NCBI GenBank assembly: GCA_027053075.1
Contig: JALUEE010000033.1
Span: forward strand, 45,781-109,780
Direction: 5' to 3'
DNA length: 64,000 nucleotides
Source of the DNA: a candidate division WOR-3 bacterium
GTDB lineage: Bacteria > Hydrothermota > Hydrothermia > B15-G9 > WFZT01
Part shown: piece after piece, positions 46,070 to 54,611 of the stretch
Position numbering within the stretch: position 1 is the first letter of the stretch
Layout of the letters: each line of letters opens with the position of its first letter
Made by a program: the position numbers and the translations under genes
The notes under the pieces: generated by a model
What the model was told of the DNA's origin: nothing
What the model saw: only the letters and a program-made list of their open reading frames with translations
Databases searched by the model: none

Positions 46070-46921
46070 TTACACCTCCACATTCAAAAGACGACGCGCA
46101 AGAACTCCAATAACGAAGGAAACAAGGGCGACGCCAAAACTGATTAATAGCATCTCGGCGAAGAGTTTGCCAAAATCTTCTTCTTTGACCACTGAAACAA
46201 AAAACGTGAAAAGGAGAATTACAACGAAGGCATCAAATAAGGACCAAAGCAGCGCAAAATAGGCGTTGTGAATGAGGAAAAAAGGCAATATCAAAAGAGC
46301 CACTGTGATAATGTAGGCTATGCCTGTATAAATGGCGGCCTTTGCAGGGCTTTTACCGGACTTCTCTGATTTCTCGGAGAGGTATTCCGAGGCGGCCATA
46401 GAAAGGGACGCTGCGATACCCGTGATCAATCCAGCAATCCCCACAATACTTGTATTCCTCAGGGCAAACGTAAGACCTGCAAGAGTCCCTGTTAGCTCCA
46501 CAAGTGCATCGTTCAGCCCAAGAACCATGGAGCCAATGTAACCGATCCTCTCTTCTTCAAGCATGGCAATGAGCCTGTCTTCGTGAGTCTGCTCCTCCTG
46601 TAGCATCTTTTTCGCCTCCGGTACCTCATCGAGAACGGACTCGTATCCCACCTCGGCCTTTTTCTCGGATAACTCCATCATTTTGACCACAAACGTATAG
46701 CCCAGTATCAGGGCCAGCAACTTCATAAACAGTGTGCTAAAGAAAGGCGGTTTTACATCCTCCCCGGTGTATTTTCTGAGTATCCTGTAGTGATTCAACT
46801 CCTCCTGCGCTATTCTATCGAGTATCCTGGAATTTTTCTCATCGGCGTGTTGAGCGAGGAACTTATAAATCACATGGCCCTGAATCTCAGCCTTCTGGAA
46901 TTTCAAAAGCACATCTTTCAT
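46070..46921 (-). CDS. Ferritin-like domain fused to a VIT1/CCC1 iron transporter
   Basis: 283 aa. The N-terminal half has paired E..H motifs (QEELNHYRIL, QEEQTHEDRL). The C-terminal half has VIT1-like TM helices (LGLNDALVELTG, SMAASEYLS). Confidence 0.8.
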   Translation of the reverse strand: MKDVLLKFQKAEIQGHVIYKFLAQHADEKNSRILDRIAQEELNHYRILRKYTGEDVKPPFFSTLFMKLLALILGYTFVVKMMELSEKKAEVGYESVLDEVPEAKKMLQEEQTHEDRLIAMLEEERIGYIGSMVLGLNDALVELTGTLAGLTFALRNTSIVGIAGLITGIAASLSMAASEYLSEKSEKSGKSPAKAAIYTGIAYIITVALLILPFFLIHNAYFALLWSLFDAFVVILLFTFFVSVVKEEDFGKLFAEMLLISFGVALVSFVIGVLARRLLNVEV

Positions 46922-46981
46922 ACCTGAATAAATTAAAATCCCGCCCCCGTCTTATCAATGAAAGTAAGGTGGTAATTTTGA

Positions 46982-46995
46982 ATAATTCCAATTAT
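46982..46995. promoter_or_regulatory. Palindrome ATAATT-CC-AATTAT overlapping the -10 element of the SOR promoter (possible Fur/PerR-type operator)
   Basis: Perfect 6-2-6 inverted repeat in the divergent VIT1 / SOR spacer. It overlaps TATAAT (46993..46998), 23 nt upstream of the SOR ATG. It is AT-rich like Fur-family boxes, but the spacing differs from the 7-1-7 consensus. Confidence 0.3.
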
Positions 46996-47021
46996 AATAA
47001 ACTTAAAAAGGAGGTTGAGTC

Positions 47022-47417
47022 ATGAAAACATTCGGAGAATTAATTCAAACAGCTGATTGGAAGACCGAGAAGCACGCTCCAGTCTTTGACCTTCCAGAGA
47101 AGGTCAAAAAGGGTGAGAAGGTAATGATCACCGTTTCCGTGGGTAAAGAAATTCCACACCCAAACACAACCGAGCATCACATCGAGTATATCGAGGTCTT
47201 CTTCCTGCCCGAGGGCGAGGCAAAGCCACTCCACGTTGGCAGGTTTGAATTTGCCGCTCATGGTGCGTCAACTCAAGGTCCCAACACGAGCACGGTTTAT
47301 GCAGAGCCAATTGTGGCCTTTGCCTTTAAAACGGAGAAGCCGGGCACATTCTACGCATTCTCATTCTGCAACATTCATGGACTCTGGGGCGGAACAGCTG
47401 AACTGAAAGTCGAATAA
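47022..47417 (+). CDS. Superoxide reductase (1Fe-SOR, neelaredoxin type)
   Basis: 131 aa. EKHAPV, HPNTTEHHI and CNIHGLW supply the His4Cys iron ligands. There is no N-terminal desulforedoxin domain. Confidence 0.85.
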   Translation: MKTFGELIQTADWKTEKHAPVFDLPEKVKKGEKVMITVSVGKEIPHPNTTEHHIEYIEVFFLPEGEAKPLHVGRFEFAAHGASTQGPNTSTVYAEPIVAFAFKTEKPGTFYAFSFCNIHGLWGGTAELKVE

Positions 47418-47426
47418 AATTTTCAT

Positions 47427-47459
47427 GTGAGGGGGCGCCGCGGAGCGGCGCCCCCTCAC
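47427..47459 (+). terminator. 15-bp GC hairpin between SOR and rubredoxin
   Basis: GTGAGGGGGCGCCGC-GGA-GCGGCGCCCCCTCAC begins 10 nt after the SOR stop. No U-tract follows. It may attenuate or stabilise the transcript rather than terminate fully. Confidence 0.4.
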
Positions 47460-47490
47460 AAAACATCAAAATCCCTCAAAGGAGTAAAAA

Positions 47491-47655
47491 ATGAAAAAGT
47501 ACAGATGCACAATCTGTGGGTATGTCTATGACCCGGAAAAGGGTGACCCGGACAACGGCATTGAGCCGGGAACCCCGTTTGAAGAACTGCCTGATGACTG
47601 GACATGCCCACTTTGCGGAGCAGAAAAAGAAGAATTTGAGCCTGTGGAGGAGTGA
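47491..47655 (+). CDS. rub: Rubredoxin
   Basis: Absent from the ORF track because it is 54 aa. My translation is [54 protein letters not shown], with two CxxCG knuckles. SD AAAGGAG lies 7-8 nt upstream. Confidence 0.92.
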   Translation: MKKYRCTICGYVYDPEKGDPDNGIEPGTPFEELPDDWTCPLCGAEKEEFEPVEE

Positions 47656-47657
47656 AA

Positions 47658-48845
47658 ATGGCCATTTTTAAGGTTAAAGATAACGTGTACGAAGTTGGAG
47701 CGATTCACTGGGACAGAGCTATTTTCGATGAACTCATTCCACTGCCCCATGGAACATCCTACAATTCATACCTTATCAAGGGCTCGGAGAAAACAGCGCT
47801 TATAGATACCGTTGACCCGGACACACTGGAGCAGCTACTTGCAAACCTGCACCATCTTAAAGTTGAGAAAATCGACTACATTATCTCCAGTCATGCAGAG
47901 CAGGACCACTCAGGTGGTATTCCGGAGCTTCTTAAGCTCTACCCTAAAGCGAAGGTCGTTACAAACGCCAAGTGTAAAACGTTCCTTATGGACCTCCTTC
48001 ATATTCCGGAGGACAAATTCATAGTTGTCGGTGATGGAGAAAAGCTTTCCCTCGGTGATAAGACCCTCGAATTTATCCTTACCCCCTGGGTACACTGGCC
48101 CGAGACCATGACTACCTACCTGGTGGAAGACAAGATCGCATTCACCTGCGACTTCTTTGGTTCACATCTTGCAACGACCAACATGCTGATCGAAGAAGAC
48201 CCTGTTGTTTTAGAAGAGGCCAAGAGATATTACGCAGAGATCATGATGCCATTCCGCCGCCAGATTGCAAAGAATATCGCCAAGCTGGAAGAGCGGGAAA
48301 TTGAAATTATTGCGCCGAGCCACGGACCTGTTTACCTCAAGCCTCAATTTATCATCAGCGCCTACAAAGACTGGATTGACGAGAGTAAGGTAACAAACAC
48401 AGTGATTCTGCCATATGTCTCCATGCACGGCAGCACAAAGAGAATGGTGTGCCATTTCATCGATGCCCTTGTAAAACGCGGAATCCATGTTAAGCCCTTC
48501 AACCTCACGAAGGCGGACCTTGGCCAGCTTTCCATTGCACTTGTGGACGCAGCGACTCTTGTTGTGGGAACTCCAATGGTACTTGCCGGTGCCCATCCAG
48601 CTGCAATTTACGGAGTCTTTCTGGTCAATGCTCTGAAGCCCAAGATTAAATACGCATCCTTTATTGGTTCCTACGGCTGGGGTGGAAGAATGCTCGACCA
48701 GATGAAGGCCTTGCTCACACAGATTAAGCCAGAAATTCTGGAGCCTGTGGTGGTTAAAGGGAATCCAAGGGCTGAGGATTTCAAGAAACTGGACGAGCTT
48801 GCGGATAAAATTTTAGAAAAGCATAAAGAACTTGGAGTAATTTAA
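47658..48845 (+). CDS. fprA: Flavodiiron protein (FprA / rubredoxin:oxygen oxidoreductase type)
   Basis: The metallo-beta-lactamase-like domain carries HAEQDHSG and the flavodoxin-like domain carries YVSMHGSTKRM. I prefer ATG 47658, preceded by GGAGGAG, over the track start at 47652. Confidence 0.9.
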   Translation: MAIFKVKDNVYEVGAIHWDRAIFDELIPLPHGTSYNSYLIKGSEKTALIDTVDPDTLEQLLANLHHLKVEKIDYIISSHAEQDHSGGIPELLKLYPKAKVVTNAKCKTFLMDLLHIPEDKFIVVGDGEKLSLGDKTLEFILTPWVHWPETMTTYLVEDKIAFTCDFFGSHLATTNMLIEEDPVVLEEAKRYYAEIMMPFRRQIAKNIAKLEEREIEIIAPSHGPVYLKPQFIISAYKDWIDESKVTNTVILPYVSMHGSTKRMVCHFIDALVKRGIHVKPFNLTKADLGQLSIALVDAATLVVGTPMVLAGAHPAAIYGVFLVNALKPKIKYASFIGSYGWGGRMLDQMKALLTQIKPEILEPVVVKGNPRAEDFKKLDELADKILEKHKELGVI

Positions 48846-48850
48846 TTCTT

Positions 48851-48881
48851 GAGTGGGGCGCCGCTTCGCGGCGCCCCACTC
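48851..48881 (+). terminator. 14-bp GC hairpin downstream of fprA
   Basis: GAGTGGGGCGCCGC-TTC-GCGGCGCCCCACTC begins 6 nt after the fprA stop and is followed by ACUUAUUUCU. Its core arms are identical to those of the 47427 hairpin. Confidence 0.5.
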
Positions 48882-48891
48882 ACTTATTTCT

Positions 48892-49155
48892 ATGGACTCC
48901 CAAAAACTTCGCAAAGCATCAAAAGAATTTAACCGCTACAGGGCCCCTGAATGCAGGGTAAAAACCATCAAAAATACCAAAGACAGGCTCGTTGTAAAAT
49001 TCGAAGGCACGGGGGCAAATTTTTACTGCTGCTATGACGAAAATTTCATTGACTACCTATACTACCTGAAAGACCACACCGGTGAGTCCATGAAAATAAA
49101 GGATGTTCGTCAGCCCGCACCAGATTCGTTTATTGTTATTTACGAAAAAGATTAA
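48892..49155 (+). CDS. Hypothetical small protein (87 aa)
   Basis: The track ORF starts at 48853, inside the terminator hairpin, so I trimmed it to ATG 48892 (MDSQKLRK...). No SD is present. It contains an FYCCYDENF segment and I recognise no family. Confidence 0.4.
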   Translation: MDSQKLRKASKEFNRYRAPECRVKTIKNTKDRLVVKFEGTGANFYCCYDENFIDYLYYLKDHTGESMKIKDVRQPAPDSFIVIYEKD

Positions 49156-49159
49156 GCCT

Positions 49160-50440
49160 TCACTTCATCAATCCCCACACCCGAGGCAAATACGTTGTCA
49201 AAAATGGTGTGTACATGAGCAAAATCAGGGCTGAGAATGCCGCTATAATGAATGGAACTGCCGCCTTCGATATATCCTCAAAGTCCACTTTCGCAATGTT
49301 TGCCGCGACAAATAGATTCACCCCTACAGGCGGAGTTATCTGTCCAATGGCGAGATTGATGGTCATAATCACACCAAACCACAGGTAATTCCAGTGAAAT
49401 TTATCGAGAATCGGGAGCAGGATCGGCAGGAAGATAAAGTAGATTGAAATGGCATCCAGAAACATACCGGCGAGCAAAAGCAGAATGTTTATCATGAAAA
49501 TTGCAATTACCGGTGATTTCCCTATGGACAGAATAAAAGCTGTAATTTTGTCCATCAGCCCAAGGGTTGAACCTGTCCATGAAAAAATTCCGGCGAATGT
49601 AACGATTATCATAATCACGGATGCGTTTATCGCCGCATCCACCATCAGGTGATAAAGGCTCTTAAAATCGATGGTTCTATAGATAAAAACACCCACAAAG
49701 AGGCCGTAAAATACAGCAACTGAGGCCGCTTCTGTGGGCGTGAATATTCCACCGTAAATTCCTCCAAGAATGATAACAGGCGCCATAAGCGCCCAGAAGG
49801 CATCCTTGAAGCTTATGAGAAGTTCCTTTAGCGTCGGAAACTCCTCTTTTCTGTAGCCCTCTTTTTTAGAAATAAGGTAAGCCGCTGTCATCAGGGCAAA
49901 GCCCACGATTATTCCAGGTATAATACCGCCTGCAAAGAGGGCTGGAACAGAAGTATTTGTGATGGTTCCATAGATAATCAAAGCAATACTCGGCGGGATA
50001 ACAATCCCGAGACTACCAGAGGCCGCCACAAGAGCGGCGGCAAAATCTGCTCTGTAACCGGCCTTTTTCATGCCCGGTATCAAAATCGTGCTCAGGGCAG
50101 CAGTATCAGCAGGTCCGGAGCCCGAAATCGCAGCCCAGAACATACCTACGAGGACAGTGACAATTGCAAGTCCACCTGTCACAAACCCTGCAAGCTTCTT
50201 CATGAAGAGAACCATCTTCTCCGCCATCCCTGCCCGATCCATGATTACACCAGCCAGAACAAAGAAAGGAATCGCAAGGAGCGGGAATTTGGCAATACCT
50301 GAATAAAAATTGGGGGATAGAACATCAATTCCAAGGTGATAGATATAGATGAAAGAAATCCCTGAGACTGCCAGCGATATAGCAATGGGCACGCCAAAAG
50401 CTACAAGTGTCAAAAATATAACAAACAGCAAAAACTGCAT
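49160..50440 (-). CDS. dctM: TRAP transporter large permease
   Basis: 426 aa and polytopic, with typical DctM composition. It follows dctQ with a 2-nt gap. Confidence 0.9.
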   Translation of the reverse strand: MQFLLFVIFLTLVAFGVPIAISLAVSGISFIYIYHLGIDVLSPNFYSGIAKFPLLAIPFFVLAGVIMDRAGMAEKMVLFMKKLAGFVTGGLAIVTVLVGMFWAAISGSGPADTAALSTILIPGMKKAGYRADFAAALVAASGSLGIVIPPSIALIIYGTITNTSVPALFAGGIIPGIIVGFALMTAAYLISKKEGYRKEEFPTLKELLISFKDAFWALMAPVIILGGIYGGIFTPTEAASVAVFYGLFVGVFIYRTIDFKSLYHLMVDAAINASVIMIIVTFAGIFSWTGSTLGLMDKITAFILSIGKSPVIAIFMINILLLLAGMFLDAISIYFIFLPILLPILDKFHWNYLWFGVIMTINLAIGQITPPVGVNLFVAANIAKVDFEDISKAAVPFIIAAFSALILLMYTPFLTTYLPRVWGLMK

Positions 50441-50442
50441 CT

Positions 50443-50931
50443 TTAGAGCTCCTTGTAAGATTTAACAGCGGTTTCAATAACCCTGAAAATGATAAGTAAT
50501 GACCCAAACGGCACTCCGGCAATGTAAATCCATTCTGGTATATTTAAAGCCATGGTCCTGATATTGAGGTCTATCTCGTTTTTAACGTGCCAGATGCTGT
50601 AGTAAAAAAGAATGGCGAAAACCGCGACAGTTAGAACTGTGGAGAAGATTAGGAAAAACTTCTGTGCACCTCTGGGTAACGCCTTCACAATAAAGCTTAC
50701 ACCAAGATGTGCCTTTCTTTTAAATGCAAGGGCTGCACCAAACATGGTAAGCCACACGAAGAAATTGACTTCAATCTCCTCAGTAAATGCAAGGGAGTAT
50801 TTGATAAAATAACGGGTTATCACATTCACAAATGCGAGAGTAACGAGCACAGACAGGATGATAAAGAGCATGATTTCTTCGAAGTGGGAGATGAAGTATT
50901 TGAGATAATATGTGAAGTTTTTTCTGGGCAT
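50443..50931 (-). CDS. dctQ: TRAP transporter small permease
   Basis: 162 aa with four TM segments, positioned between dctP and dctM. Confidence 0.8.
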   Translation of the reverse strand: MPRKNFTYYLKYFISHFEEIMLFIILSVLVTLAFVNVITRYFIKYSLAFTEEIEVNFFVWLTMFGAALAFKRKAHLGVSFIVKALPRGAQKFFLIFSTVLTVAVFAILFYYSIWHVKNEIDLNIRTMALNIPEWIYIAGVPFGSLLIIFRVIETAVKSYKEL

Positions 50932-50950
50932 AATTTTTTTTGTTTTTGTT

Positions 50951-50981
50951 GTGCGGGGGGAGCCTTCGGCTCCCCCCTCAC
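50951..50981 (-). promoter_or_regulatory. Intercistronic GC hairpin between dctP and dctQ
   Basis: GGGGGGAGCC-TTC-GGCTCCCCCC (core 50955..50977) lies 8 nt after the dctP stop. There is no U-tract on the sense strand. The position is typical of hairpins that raise binding-protein mRNA levels relative to the permeases. Confidence 0.4.
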
Positions 50982-50988
50982 AGTTTTT

Positions 50989-52023
50989 TTACTGTACCTT
51001 ACTTATTGCTTCTTCTGCCGCTTTCACAAGATCACGTCCGATAACGGGAACCCATTTCTTATAAACCTTCTTGGTCTTCGCCTTAAATGCTGCCCTTTCC
51101 TGATCGTTCAGGATGGTTACATGCATACCCTTTGACTTGAGGTATTCGATAGCCATGAGGTTGCCGCCGACCAGTCCGCACCTTGCCTTTGCTACCTCTT
51201 CGGCAAGAGCAATCTCAGCAGCCTCACGGATGGCCTTTTGATCCTCTGGTGTGAAGGAGTTCCAAACCTTCTTGTTGACACCCATAATGAGAGGGTCAAT
51301 TAGGTAATGCCAGATAGTGATGTATTTGTGGAATTCGTAAACCTTGTAAGGAATGATAACCACGTTGATCGGGTTTTCCTGCCCGTCAACTACGCCCTGT
51401 CTGAATGCAGTTACAGCCTCACCCCAGTTCATGGATGTGGGATTCGCACCGAGTGCTCTGTAGATGTCAATGAAAATAGGGGAGCCTACGACCCTGATCT
51501 TGAGTCCCTTTAAGTCATCAGGTGTCTTGATAGGGTGTTTACTGTTTGTAATCTCTCTGAATCCGTTCTCTCCCCAGCCGAGGCCAACAACACCCAGCTT
51601 ATCAAGCTGCTCGAAGATCATCTTCCCGGGCTTCCCATGTGTCACTGCATCAACCTGGGCATATCCCTTGTCTCCGGCAGCAAAGAAGAAGGGCAGGGAG
51701 AACAGGTTGAGGGATTTTACCGTTGTTGACCAGTTGATGGTGGAGCCGAGGGCAAAATCTGCGACGCCGCTTTTGAGGAGCAGAAACTCATTGGTCTGCT
51801 TTCCAGCGAAGAGCTGACCACTGAAATACGGCTTGATGTTTACTCTACCGTGGGTTTTCTCCTTGACGAGCTGAACAAATCTTGTAGCAGCTTCGCCCCA
51901 TGGCCCTTTGGGACCTACCACTACACTGAGTTTGTACTCCTTCTTGTACTTGGCATGGAGTGCATTGGGCACAAACCCAATGACCAACGCCAGTGCTATT
52001 AGTGTGCTGATTACTTTACGCAT
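50989..52023 (-). CDS. dctP: TRAP transporter solute-binding protein (DctP family)
   Basis: 344 aa with a signal peptide. The size and sequence pattern (NEFLLLKSGVADFALGS, GLKIRV) are DctP-like. Confidence 0.88.
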   Translation of the reverse strand: MRKVISTLIALALVIGFVPNALHAKYKKEYKLSVVVGPKGPWGEAATRFVQLVKEKTHGRVNIKPYFSGQLFAGKQTNEFLLLKSGVADFALGSTINWSTTVKSLNLFSLPFFFAAGDKGYAQVDAVTHGKPGKMIFEQLDKLGVVGLGWGENGFREITNSKHPIKTPDDLKGLKIRVVGSPIFIDIYRALGANPTSMNWGEAVTAFRQGVVDGQENPINVVIIPYKVYEFHKYITIWHYLIDPLIMGVNKKVWNSFTPEDQKAIREAAEIALAEEVAKARCGLVGGNLMAIEYLKSKGMHVTILNDQERAAFKAKTKKVYKKWVPVIGRDLVKAAEEAISKVQ

Positions 52024-52037
52024 AATCTAACCTCCTT

Positions 52038-52436
52038 TTAATCCTTGTTCTGGGCGATTTGAAAGCTTATATCGCCCTCATCGTTTATTGCCGTGGCAAT
52101 GAGCCAGGCGACTCCCTGGGCCGGTTTTTCCTCTAAAAACCGGATACCCTTACCTTTTAGCTCCTCCATATCCTTTTCGATATCCGTGGAAAGATACGCA
52201 ACGTGATACAACCCCTCTCCGTGCTTTTCCAAAAATCTGTAGGAAGGTGAGCCAGGTTTCAAAGGCTTGATAACTTCCACGTACTGCTCACCAGTTTTCA
52301 TGAGCACGATATCAAGGTCCCAGGGCTCGTAGTAAAGTTTTTTGACAAATTCGAACCCAAGGACCTCCTGGAAATACTTCGCGAGACCGTCAAGGTCCCG
52401 CGTAATGTAGGCTATATGATGAACCCCCTTTATCAT
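52038..52436 (-). CDS. VOC-family protein, methylmalonyl-CoA epimerase-like
   Basis: 132 aa. VHHIAYITRDLD....Y...LGF and GEGLYHVAYLSTDI form a paired beta-alpha-beta-beta-beta module pattern with metal ligands H/E. Confidence 0.75.
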   Translation of the reverse strand: MIKGVHHIAYITRDLDGLAKYFQEVLGFEFVKKLYYEPWDLDIVLMKTGEQYVEVIKPLKPGSPSYRFLEKHGEGLYHVAYLSTDIEKDMEELKGKGIRFLEEKPAQGVAWLIATAINDEGDISFQIAQNKD

Positions 52437-53632
52437 AGCTCCTCCAGGTTTTCCAAATAATCTTTAAGGGCCTTCAAAAATGCAGCTGCCGGTGCGCCAT
52501 CAACTGCCCTGTGGTCAAACACAAGAGTTAGCTTTACTGTGGGCTTTGCATAGATTCCACCGTTTTTAACCACTGCGCGATCCATGATGGAGCCTATTCC
52601 AAGAATGGCAATCTGCGGAGGATTGATGACCGGGGTAAACCAGTCAATGTCATAGATGCCGAGGTTTGAAACCGAGAAGGTCCCGCCTTCAAGGTCCTGA
52701 AATTCAAGCTTTCCACTCCTTGCCCTCTCGGCCAGCTTCCTTGCCTCTCTTGCCACTTCCACAAGGGATTTTTCATCCGCCTTTTTGATCACAGGAGATA
52801 TGAGCCCTTTCTCTGTGTCAACTGCCATGGAAATATTGACTTCATCAAAGAGCTCAATCCCTTCATCTTTGACAATACCATTCATGTAAATGAAATCTTT
52901 TAAAACATTAGCCACTGCTTTAATAAAGATGTCGTTATAAGAGATTTTAACGTCATGCCATCTATTTTTCACGCGCTCCCTGAATACCACCAGCTTTGAG
53001 GCATCAACTTCAACGGTTTCCGCCACCCTCGGAGCCTGCCAGGCCTGTGTGAGTCTCTTTTTGATAGTGCCTCTAATGCCTTCAAAGGGAATAAATTTGC
53101 CTGCCGGAATTTTTGGAGCAGGGGCTGAGGGCTTTTCCTCTTTGAGGCTCGCGGCATACTTTTCCACATCTTCGCGGGTAATTCTGCCACGTGGCCCCGT
53201 GCCTTTTACTTTTGCAAGGTCGACCCCGAGTTCCCTTGCCAGTTTTTTAGCCGCCGGTGAGGCAATTATCCTTGCAGGTTTTGGAGCTTCCTCTTTCCTC
53301 ACAACCTCTTCCTTCTCCTGGGGTTTTTCTTCCTCTTCCTCTAATTCCTCAGGCTGTGAAAGCCTCTCAAGGTCCTCATCGGTGAGGGTTTCTCCAGCGG
53401 CAGCCACAATTCCAATCACAGTACCGGGTGGCACCTCCTCACCCTCATGAACGAGTATTTTGTAAAGAATTCCATCCGCAGGAGATTCTAACTCGTACTC
53501 GATCTTTTCTGTAAGGATATCTGCCACGACTTCGCCTTTTTTGACCTCATCTCCTTCCTTCTTCCGCCACGAGCCCACCTTCCCGGTCTCCATCGTCAGT
53601 CCGAGTTTTGGCATCACAAGTTTCCAGGCCAT
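52433..53632 (-). CDS. Dihydrolipoamide acyltransferase (E2) of a 2-oxoacid/acetoin dehydrogenase complex
   Basis: 399 aa with a single lipoyl domain (MPKLGLTMETGKV...DILTEKIEYELE), a subunit-binding domain (SPAAKKLARELGVDL) and the catalytic DHRAVDG motif. Confidence 0.9.
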   Translation of the reverse strand: MAWKLVMPKLGLTMETGKVGSWRKKEGDEVKKGEVVADILTEKIEYELESPADGILYKILVHEGEEVPPGTVIGIVAAAGETLTDEDLERLSQPEELEEEEEKPQEKEEVVRKEEAPKPARIIASPAAKKLARELGVDLAKVKGTGPRGRITREDVEKYAASLKEEKPSAPAPKIPAGKFIPFEGIRGTIKKRLTQAWQAPRVAETVEVDASKLVVFRERVKNRWHDVKISYNDIFIKAVANVLKDFIYMNGIVKDEGIELFDEVNISMAVDTEKGLISPVIKKADEKSLVEVAREARKLAERARSGKLEFQDLEGGTFSVSNLGIYDIDWFTPVINPPQIAILGIGSIMDRAVVKNGGIYAKPTVKLTLVFDHRAVDGAPAAAFLKALKDYLENLEEL

Positions 53633-53633
53633 C

Positions 53634-54611
53634 TTATGCCTCCTCCAACACCTTTTTTACTGCCCTGTAAACATCTTCTGCATCAGGTATGACCCTCTTT
53701 TCAAGCGGTGGGCTAAACGGAATCGGTGTATGCTCAGCGCCTACTCTTACAATGGGAGCGTCAAGGTAATCGAAGAGTTTTTCCTGAATCTGGGATGCAA
53801 GCTCAGCACCTACACCACCAACCTTCCACGACTCGTGAGCAATTACAACGTGGCCGGTCTTCTTCACAGATTCAGCGATGAGATCAAAATCGAAGGGCCA
53901 GACGGTCCTAAGGTCAATTACCTCTACACTGATTCCCTCACCTTCAAGCTTTTTCGCAGCTTCAAGTGAGTGGTGGACCATCATCGAGTATGTAATCACC
54001 GTGACATCATTACCTTCCCTCTTCACGTCCGCCTTTTTCAATGGAATCACATACTCTTCCTCGGGAACAGGTCCCTTGAACTTGAAAAGTTTCTTGTGCT
54101 GGAAAAATAGCACGAGGTCGTCGTCCCGCAACGCCGATTTTAAAAGACCTTTAACATCGTAAGGAGTCGAGGGGACAACAACTTTCATACCCGGGGCATG
54201 CATAAACCAGGCCTCGAAGGATTTGGAGTGATGAGGACCGGCTGAGAGCCCGGCACCATCAGGAGCCCATATCACAAGAGGCATCTTTGATTGTCCACCA
54301 AACATATACCTCATGGTGGCCGCCTGAGACACTATTTCATCCATGGTAATGGTGATAAAGTCGGCAAAATGCAGGTCCACAAGAGGTCTCATGCCTGTGA
54401 GGGCTGCGCCAACACCTGCGCCTACAATGGCAGTTTCTGAAATTGGTGTGTCAAGGATTCTGTCAGGGAATTTCTCTGGTATTCCGACAAACTGCCCAAA
54501 AATTCCTCCATGAGCGGTGAGGTCCTCCCCGATAATGAAGATCCCGGGGTCTTTTGACATCTCTTCCATTAAAGCCTCGGCAGTTGCCTGAGCAATTGTG
54601 ATTTCTCTCAT
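53634..54611 (-). CDS. 2-oxoacid/acetoin dehydrogenase E1 beta subunit
   Basis: 325 aa with transketolase-like pyrimidine-binding and C-terminal domains (GEDL...GGIFG, DTPISE). Confidence 0.9.
   Translation of the reverse strand: MREITIAQATAEALMEEMSKDPGIFIIGEDLTAHGGIFGQFVGIPEKFPDRILDTPISETAIVGAGVGAALTGMRPLVDLHFADFITITMDEIVSQAATMRYMFGGQSKMPLVIWAPDGAGLSAGPHHSKSFEAWFMHAPGMKVVVPSTPYDVKGLLKSALRDDDLVLFFQHKKLFKFKGPVPEEEYVIPLKKADVKREGNDVTVITYSMMVHHSLEAAKKLEGEGISVEVIDLRTVWPFDFDLIAESVKKTGHVVIAHESWKVGGVGAELASQIQEKLFDYLDAPIVRVGAEHTPIPFSPPLEKRVIPDAEDVYRAVKKVLEEA

Noticed and set aside
48853-48891. The first 13 codons of the ORF-track entry 48853..49155
   Set aside because: They are translated from the fprA terminator hairpin (GAGTGGGGCGCCGC...). 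The next in-frame ATG at 48892 is a more plausible start, if the gene is real.
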